Shown: piece after piece, positions 55,989 through 64,000 of the stretch
Layout: every line of letters starts with the position of its first letter
Numbering within the stretch: position 1 is the first letter of the stretch
Source of the DNA: Flectonema sp. DT1601
Taxonomy: Eukaryota
Reading direction: 5' to 3'
Assembly (NCBI GenBank): GCA_964019425.1
Contig: OZ025806.1
Location: forward strand, 372,001-436,000
DNA length: 64,000 bases
Made by a program: the position numbers and the translations under genes
The notes under the pieces: generated by a model
What the model saw: the letters and a program-made list of their open reading frames with translations, nothing else
Databases searched by the model: none
What the model was told of the DNA's origin: nothing

Positions 55989-58018
55989 ATGAGCGTACCT
56001 CACCCGTCGAACAGGGGCGAGGCAGACCTCGTCCCAAACGAAGAAATGGAAATGGGAGGAAAGGGGATGGGTAACGACACCTGTAGACATTGGATTAGAG
56101 GAACATGCAGGTTGGGAGTAAGTTGTAATTTTAGACATCCGGACTCATCCGTGTTGCCAATGAGTGAACCAAAGAGAAAACCAAAGAAGTGGTGTCGTTT
56201 TGCATTCAGGGGAAAGTGTCCTTTTGGACCAAATGGAGGAGCGTGTGTTTACACGCACGTTGAAGAATGGTGTGCACAAACACCCAAAGATAGAGAAGCA
56301 ATGGCTATGCCATCGATGTTGTCAGCGTGTACTTCAAACATGAGAAGGGAATTACATAGCGCGATAGTAGAGGCCTGGGCTGCAGGGTCACTTGATTACG
56401 CTGAGGCATTCCAATATATGGTTGACTGTGGGTTTGATTGTGTAGATAGCAGAGCACCTCATCTTGCTGTTCATCAAGTGGCTGAAAACATTGTTACCCT
56501 CGCCCATGATGATCTCTCTCTCCTAGCTAAAACAGAACCAGCTATTCACACCCTACAGTGGATTCTTGACCGGGCCCATCACTGCTTCGTTCCATCCCAA
56601 GTCGGTGGAGCCGCTAGTGGTGGCGGTGGTGGTGGCGCTCCAAACCAAGCTTCTCCCCCTCGCCAAAGCTGGAATCTCGCTGAAAAAGATGATTGGGCGG
56701 TATGTTTTTCTATTCCCTTTCTTGTTTTTAAGCCTGGCATGAGTGAAAATACGTAACAAAAAAAACAAATAGCACTCACGACTTCCAAGGAAGGAACCCA
56801 ACGAAGCGATATTGGCAGACCTTCAGGAACATGGATATATTGAATCACCTGGTAGTCAGGGATGGTACGAAGACCGGGGTCAGTATGATGATTGGCACAG
56901 TGATTACAGCTTTAAGAAGCATGGTGGATGGATGAACCACCGGTATCACGGAGATGTATGTGGTTTTTTCTTCTTTTTTGAGTTATGCTTTCATCCCTAA
57001 TAGAATGGAACCACAAGACATAAAATAAAATAGATGCATCCACACCACCATCATCACCACCACCATCATCCACATCACCATCACCATCACCATCACCACC
57101 ATCGAGGATACCATCCTAGAAGTAACTCTCATTATGACTATGATGAAAGGGAAAGAGAGGAGATGATGCATTGGGGGCATGCAAGTGGACAGGTATGAAT
57201 ATTCTTTTGTTAAAACTGGCAGGTGTTGGGTTCACTTTCTTCGGTAGGGTTAAATAACAAAATCAGGGTCCTCCACCACTTGTTCCGGCACCACATCCTG
57301 GTCATATGCACCACCATGGACATCATCATTATCATCACCAACATCATCAGAGTCACTTATACATGAATCACCATCATTCTCATCATCATCCTCATCATCA
57401 CCATCACCATCATGGTTTACCTCATCACCATCATCATCATAGTCATGGTCAGTATCATCACTTTCATCATAGGCATCACCATCACCATCATCACCACCAC
57501 CACCATAGTGGTCCTCACCATCACCATTCACATCACAGCCACCACCATCACCACCATCATCACAGCCACCACCACCACTCTAGAGATTCATTTTTCAATG
57601 TCGGGTTCAAACAAAGAATGCGTAAGAATCCAACGATTGAGTCCTCTCCTCAGCCACAACAACAGCCAAGCAGATCGACTCCGAGCAATAAGCCGTCGGC
57701 TACTAAAAGAGAGGTTCTTGAAGAGGGTGGTGACACGGAGGAGATTAACTTCATTGAAGACTTGCTGAGGAATACTCAGGAAGCGTGGAACAGAGGGAGG
57801 ACCTCACCCCAAGAGGAAAGAGATCCAACCCCAGCTGATGAAGAAAGGAAAGAAGACGGTGTGTATTCATGTATTTTAAAGATACAGTTTTTTCCTTCTT
57901 CAAAAAGCTAAAAAAACAAAAACAAAAAACAGAAGGAGAACAGTCAGGAGGTGACATTCCGTCTCAGTTTCTCAAAGACTTACAATCGTTAACTGTCGAT
58001 AAAGCGGAGAGTTCGTGA
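55989..58018 (+). CDS. Tandem CCCH zinc-finger protein with very long poly-His tracts (5 exons, about 576 aa)
   Basis: CRHWIRGTCRLGVSCNFRH and CRFAFRGKCPFG....CVYTH. Exons 55989-56699, 56773-56955, 57034-57192, 57267-57858, 57933-58018 join in frame. Confidence 0.85.
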
Positions 58019-58045
58019 AGCGCGCTTATTTTTCTTTTTCGAACG

Positions 58046-58077
<32 letters not shown>

Positions 58078-59313
58078 CTATATTCTTGCTCCCCTTTTCC
58101 CCTCCCGATCCTTTGTGTTAAAAAAAAAATATAAAAAAAAATACTGAATAGTGTTGTTGTTGGTACTTGTTGTTTTTCGAACGTCTTACGGGATAGTTAG
58201 TGTCCGTTTTTTTTTTTTTTTTTTTTCAAACTATCCTCTTATGAAAAAAAAAAAAACTAAAAAAGGAAACAGGAGAGGGAAGGAGAATGGCACTATTAAA
58301 AGCTACAAAACTTACAAGGTTAACAAAAAAAAAAAAAAAAAAAAAGTATACAAACACATCGTGATAGTGTAAAGGGCTCAAGTGTGAGTGATAGTGGGAG
58401 GCCCATTTTATTGTCTTTTCCAAACATACCTTTGGTTTTCTCGCCTTGTTTTATTGCAAAAATGTCACCAAGTCTTTCAGAAAAAAAAAAAAAAAAAAAA
58501 CAATAAAATCTTGGTGATATTACCTGTGCATAATTTTCATTTTCCATCCCTTCTCCCCCTGCCCTAGTGTAGTGATGAATTCTAAAAAAAAAAAAAAAAA
58601 AAAAAATAAGAAAATGAAAAATGAAAATTTTTTTTTGTTAGTGTTGTTTTTTTTTTTTTAAAATCCTTTTTTTATTTTTTTTTTTATTACACTCAACTTG
58701 TTCTCACATTTCATTAGTTTTCAAGGTAACAAAACTGCAGTTGGTTCGGTTCAATATTTTTTATTTTTTTAATTTTTTTAGTTAGTGAAAGTTGCCTGAA
58801 GTTAATAATTTATCGGTGAAGAAACTATTCAGATTGCGAACCGATATGCTGCGCTCAACGAAATAAAAGTTAATCTGAACACGAGTTTCTTTCTTTGTAC
58901 CTACAAACCTATTGTTTTGGTACACAAACCATTTTTATGTGTAGTTGATATATGTCCGTATGGTATGAACATTTTGTAACATTGCTTTTCCCTGTTGCTC
59001 GTGGTAGAAAGAAGAAACCCCCGGGCATTGCATTTCTCTCCTGGGCGAGGCATCTCCTGAGGAGGACAATTCCTTTTTGCTTGCAAAAAAAAACTAAAGA
59101 AGAATATGCCTGTAACCCTTCATTAAAAAATACTGGGTGATTGAAGCAGTTGCTTCCTTACCTAATGTGCGATTTTTGTGGTTTTCTTCTTCTTTTTTTT
59201 TCTTGCATTCATTTATTTTTTTTTTCCCCTTTCAAATATTCAGTGAAAATGTCGTCTATCCAGAAAAAAAAAAAAAAAACGTTGCTTCAGGCAAAAGCAT
59301 TTTTTCCCCTCTT

Positions 59314-59348
<35 letters not shown>

Positions 59349-59725
59349 TTGTGTTTCTTAACCAAACAACACACACACATGATTATTATATATCTCTGAC
59401 AGAAATTAAATAAACGCTATGCGAGATTGTCGCCTTTTCGTTTGATGATAAAGTTGTGAAGATTATCCTTCGGAGGGGAATTCCAATTATTTGATTTGTC
59501 TTCTGCAGTTAGTACTATCGAATATTTGATTTAAAAAATAAAATAAAAGTGGAACTTGTCAATCGGATCACTACTATTCACAGTTCACGGTTGGTTAACA
59601 TGAATGAATATTTTAATTGGAGGGAACTCGCATCCACTCTAAGGTTCTCTAAATTAAATAAAATTATCACTACCTCTTCTTTTCAAATTAAACAGTAGAA
59701 CAAATGTAATCGTAATAAAGAAGGA

Positions 59726-60838
59726 ATGCCTTTGAAGAAGAGTGCTCTTCCCGAAATAAGAAAATGCATTCTGGACATTCAACGGAGAGAGCGTCGCTTT
59801 CCTTTTGAAAGAAGACTTGAAATAGCAAGGTGGTTAATGGCTTATCCCTTACGTTTAGAAAAAAGAAATCAAGAAATCTGTTCAAGTGGATACGCAATGT
59901 TGATATTCGGACTAGGAACTCTTAGGTTCACTGTTTTTGCTGAAGAGATGAAAAAAAATTGTGAAAATGAAAAAAAAATTTCTTCAGATGTATACGATTC
60001 TTTGATAGCTGTCTTGTCTAACAAGTCGAATCTATTGGCAATTGGTAAAGTCATTCGTGAAATGGAGTCAAAGGGAATACAAAAAAAATCAAAACACGAC
60101 ATTGCCTTCATTCGATGTATGTCTAACGGTAATAATCCAAACACATCAGTTGCATCGGAAAGACTACTCACAACTTTATCAAATAGGGAATTGAATGCTC
60201 TCTCTGTTAGAGACAGAGATACAGTATTAGGGTTAGCTTTAAGTCGTAATCTATTACTTAAAAATAACGATGTCCGATTACACGTTGTAATGAAAACTAT
60301 TGCGAAGAGTGGTTCGTTTGAGGATCTAAAAAAACTGTCTGATCAAATAACAAAATCAAACAAGTGGTGCATCAAAACACTCTCAGCAGCGGCACACGCA
60401 GTAAGGAAGTGTGAGTCTAAGCCGTTGGATCGTGTTAATTTTGTTTTAAAAATTTGGGAAAAATATATCTTTGAAGGGTACGAAATAACTTTGTACATTG
60501 TTTCCAGTTGTCTTTTGGTTCATAGGAATGCTGTTAGGGACACTGAGAGCGATGATTTGATTCAGTTTATCGTCGATGAGGGTCTCAAAGTTTATAAACG
60601 CGCTACTCGCTACCTCGACAACCATTTCAAAATTCATCAAATTTGCATAGAAATGCTAATCTCATCAAAAGAAGAGCGATTTCGGAACATTGCGAAGACA
60701 ATCATAAATAAGATGATTAAAAATGATCTTCACATCCCACTCTCACTCAGAGATGATATCTTCAAACTTGGAATTGACTTAAGACCCGAGTGGAGTCTAA
60801 GTATGAAATACTTAGACAACAAACTGTTAAGGATGTGA
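59726..60838 (+). CDS. PPR-like helical repeat protein (370 aa)
   Basis: VYDSLIAVLSNKSNLLAIGKVIREMESKGI resembles a PPR motif; basic N-terminus. Confidence 0.65.
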   Translation: MPLKKSALPEIRKCILDIQRRERRFPFERRLEIARWLMAYPLRLEKRNQEICSSGYAMLIFGLGTLRFTVFAEEMKKNCENEKKISSDVYDSLIAVLSNKSNLLAIGKVIREMESKGIQKKSKHDIAFIRCMSNGNNPNTSVASERLLTTLSNRELNALSVRDRDTVLGLALSRNLLLKNNDVRLHVVMKTIAKSGSFEDLKKLSDQITKSNKWCIKTLSAAAHAVRKCESKPLDRVNFVLKIWEKYIFEGYEITLYIVSSCLLVHRNAVRDTESDDLIQFIVDEGLKVYKRATRYLDNHFKIHQICIEMLISSKEERFRNIAKTIINKMIKNDLHIPLSLRDDIFKLGIDLRPEWSLSMKYLDNKLLRM

Positions 60839-60935
60839 ATCCAGGGGAGGGGAAGGGATATTAATTTACTACCAGTTTGAAGCTCTTATTCGCCTGATCA
60901 CTTTTTTTCCCCCTCCGTCTCTTATAGAATAATTA

Positions 60936-62399
60936 ATGTTAGAATATGCGGAGTCTACGAATGCTTACGATGATCCAGGTGAAGAACCAACAGCAGCAGA
61001 ACAACTGGTACAAGAGGCAATGAAGATTGCCAGGAGGAATACTCTTGATAGATACCTCGGTCTTAGTGGACGGGTTCGAACTGGATCGATCCCTGAGCAG
61101 CCTTCAGTTATTAAACTGATGTTGCAACACCAAATGCGAAAGGGGAAGAGAAACGAACACCCAATGGGAGTTGACCTGCAGTTAGGTAAGTTGTTCATGG
61201 TCAACAGAGAAGAAAAATTATCAACAGCAATAGCAGAAGAAAGAAATGAATACAACAACACTTTCCTAGATAAACACGATTTGAAACACAGACTCACATC
61301 GGAATCTCCTTTTAATGGAAATCCTAATGCGATCGTTGGTAGTATTGTGTCTTTTATGAAATCATCAGTGAAGAGTAAAAACTTTTTTGTATATCTTCTT
61401 CGAAAATGGAGAAACAGTGTCATTACAATTCAACGAGCAATACGACGACACTTATCGTACAGACACAGTGTCATAAACGAAATGCTTTTAGTCTGGCAAG
61501 CAACTCAAACTCGAACACGAAAAAAACTCCATTCATCAATGCAAAGACAACTTTTATCGTTGAGGGATGAAAAAGTTAAAATAACCGCCAAAGGATATGC
61601 TGAGCAATACTTAGTTCCGGATAATTTAAAAAAACCAACTATTGAATATTTATATAAACAGAAATGGGATGACCTACGAAGAAGAGTCAGAGCCTGGATG
61701 AAAAACTTCAGCACTAGAGAACGAAAATTAACAATTTTAAGACAAAAATTATGTTCCAGTCTTCGAAACAACGCGGTAGTACACAGTGAAAAGATTATGA
61801 ACTCATTAAATAAAGTAATGTGGGACATAAGAGCGTTGAGGCTAACTTCTCCAAAATGGGTTTTTGAAGCAAGTCCGTTGCCATTTAAAGAACTATTAGA
61901 GGCGTCTACCCATGTCAGGGTTTCAGTTGGTGCAAGTTCGTTGAGAATAATACGATCTACAAGTGAGAAAGATGGGTCAGAGGCATCGTCTGGTTTCTCA
62001 CCGTCACCTCCGTCGTCAAATGGAAGCCCAGTCATGTCTTCACCAGTGAGAAGGAAGAATAGATCATTTTGTGAGGAAGGACAACTCCATGGTTGTGATA
62101 ACTGTTTATATTGTATTGCGAACAACAAGACTCTGCCTGTAGTTGAACGAGAACCTCTCTCATTTCGACGTCGGTTTAACTCTGCTCTTCCTGTCATCAT
62201 CGCTGACCCAGCTACTCGACCGAAATCAAGTAGATCGAAGTCTCTTTGTACTCCTGTCGTTGCATCTCCATCTCCATCTCCATCTCCATTATCATCAGAT
62301 TCATGGAAACCTCATCCGCCAGCCTTCCCACGCAATAAGAATTCTCTGAATGAGGCGATGGTGAGAGTTCAGATGCTGGCTGACGATGATTCGGAGTAA
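60936..62399 (+). CDS. Hypothetical protein with an IQ-like motif (487 aa)
   Basis: SVITIQRAIRRHLSYR; S/P-rich C-terminus; pyrimidine tract plus AG just upstream of the ATG. Confidence 0.8.
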   Translation: MLEYAESTNAYDDPGEEPTAAEQLVQEAMKIARRNTLDRYLGLSGRVRTGSIPEQPSVIKLMLQHQMRKGKRNEHPMGVDLQLGKLFMVNREEKLSTAIAEERNEYNNTFLDKHDLKHRLTSESPFNGNPNAIVGSIVSFMKSSVKSKNFFVYLLRKWRNSVITIQRAIRRHLSYRHSVINEMLLVWQATQTRTRKKLHSSMQRQLLSLRDEKVKITAKGYAEQYLVPDNLKKPTIEYLYKQKWDDLRRRVRAWMKNFSTRERKLTILRQKLCSSLRNNAVVHSEKIMNSLNKVMWDIRALRLTSPKWVFEASPLPFKELLEASTHVRVSVGASSLRIIRSTSEKDGSEASSGFSPSPPSSNGSPVMSSPVRRKNRSFCEEGQLHGCDNCLYCIANNKTLPVVEREPLSFRRRFNSALPVIIADPATRPKSSRSKSLCTPVVASPSPSPSPLSSDSWKPHPPAFPRNKNSLNEAMVRVQMLADDDSE

Positions 62400-63634
62400 A
62401 TATCAAAGTAAACTGTTTCAGTTGTTTCTTTTGATTACTAAAACTCCATTCTTGTTTGTTTCAATTAATTAGTTCAAAAAACAAAAAAAAAAAAGAAAGA
62501 TGTTGAGTGCAACTAGAGTTGCTTCTCATTCAATAATAAAAAAGATGAATTCTTGCTTCCCCAATACGTAGATCGTGTGTCATTTTCTGTGTGGAGGAAG
62601 TTCCCAACTAAAACGAACAAAAACAAAAAAAACAATAGCAGAAGATGAAGCAGTTCAAAAGTACCCTACTTGTTCTCGCTTGGTGATCCTTCTTTGAAGA
62701 AATTAGAGGGCAAGAAATGCTCTCTTATTGAGTAGCGACGTGACGTTGATTGTTGTTTTATATATATATTTTTTTTGTCCCCCCACTTCAAAAAAAAAAA
62801 AATAAAAAAAAATAGTAGTCTGTACTTGTTGATATCACTGACGTTGACAATCTGTTGACCTGTTGGTCTTTTTCTTCTTTTCTTAAAGACAAAGTATTAA
62901 TGCGTGCTTGTGATGATTGAAATCATATTTTTATTATCTGTTAAACTTATTTATTTATTATTAGTTTCTGGAAATTATTGATTATACACATGCGGTGTAC
63001 ACGATCAAAAAAAAAAAAAAAAAAACGTTTTTATCTTTTTTTTTTTTTTTTTTTTTTTTTTTATATTATGAGACTGTGTCAGCAAAACGAATGAAAAAAA
63101 GAAAATTTGTATTTTGCTTCACCGAATAAAACCAAACAAAACTCAAAGTGATTAATATTATAGTAAGCAACAAGGGGAACGTGGCATCCCATGTGAAGTA
63201 AGAAAGAAAAAAAGAAATTGGGAAAAGCCCTCAGTTTTTTTCGTTTTCAAACCAAGGAAAAGAACAAAGAAAACAAAAGAAAAAAATAAAAGAACAGCTT
63301 CCCTCCTTAAAGTATAGTGTTTACCTAGTCGTTGTATCATATAGCTAATGTTTTATTTTAGTTTACTCTGGTACAATACAGATGTTTATTTCTTCATCTG
63401 TCGTTTTCTTTTTTTCAGTTTCAACTTATTACTTATGTTAGTAATAAAAAGTTTATTACTGTTTCTACATAGTCAAACAATCACCACCCTAAAGTAGCTT
63501 TTTAATTTAAGCCATTTTTCTGTCTGTCTGTCTTTTTTTTTCCCTTTTTTTTTTTCTGTATTGAACAAATTCATAATTTATAAAAGAAAAAAGTTTTTGC
63601 AAACAACGTGGAGGGGGAAGTTCGAACCCAGTCG

Positions 63635-63666
<32 letters not shown>

Positions 63667-64000
63667 CTTATTTTTATATAATTAATTACACGGTTCAAAA
63701 TAAACCCTAGCCGCACAATAAGCTCAAGAAAAAAAAAAAAAAAAAAAACTGACCCTTTTTTTTTAATTATTTTTTTTTTATTATCTCATTTTATGTTTTG
63801 CTTTAAAATACGTCCAGCAAGTTACTTGTCAGGATGTAATAGGAATCTGATTGTACTCTCTCTCCCTCTCTCTCCACCAACTACAGCTTCATCAAATACA
63901 ATAAATACAAGGCTGTTATTCCCGTTGCGATTCGATCACAGACAGTACAAAACCTTTTTTTTTTTTTTTTTTTTTTGTTTCCTTATCATTTCGAATTCAT

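Noticed and set aside
57250..57531. Antisense Asp/Gly-rich ORF
   Set aside because: Mirror of the CAY poly-His codons on the + strand.

Overview
Eukaryotic nuclear DNA, most likely a euglenozoan and probably a diplonemid. Evidence: a spliced-leader remnant TTTCTGTACTTTATTG at 33236-33251, all host genes on one strand, many GT-AG cis-introns, and a VIPER/TATE-like element. Bases 1-13.4 kb are nested mobile-element relics: a hairpin satellite, an inactive RNase H1-like ORF, a Sola2-like transposase relic, a 3.9-kb palindrome made of two TIR elements, a tyrosine-recombinase retroelement fragment and an RLE-LINE fragment. Bases 13.6-62.4 kb are a + strand gene cluster: UBA1, an FkbM-like methyltransferase, an ATM1-like ABC transporter, an axonemal dynein light-chain-domain gene with a 9-copy intronic tandem array, an actin-related protein, a SulP transporter, an FKBP, a His-rich CCCH protein, a PPR-like protein and several hypotheticals. 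The cluster is interrupted at 33128-41644 by a complete Mutator (MULE) transposon carrying a full-length APE-RT-RNase H LINE. That LINE is the most unusual object. It starts with a retrocopied spliced-leader remnant; ORF1 and ORF2 are in one frame separated by a single TGA; ORF2 has no ATG before the endonuclease but begins with a 2A (StopGo) motif; and the RT has a PDZ-like insertion. Together this suggests expression by trans-splicing, stop-codon readthrough and ribosomal skipping. All calls are by eye; no database searches were run.
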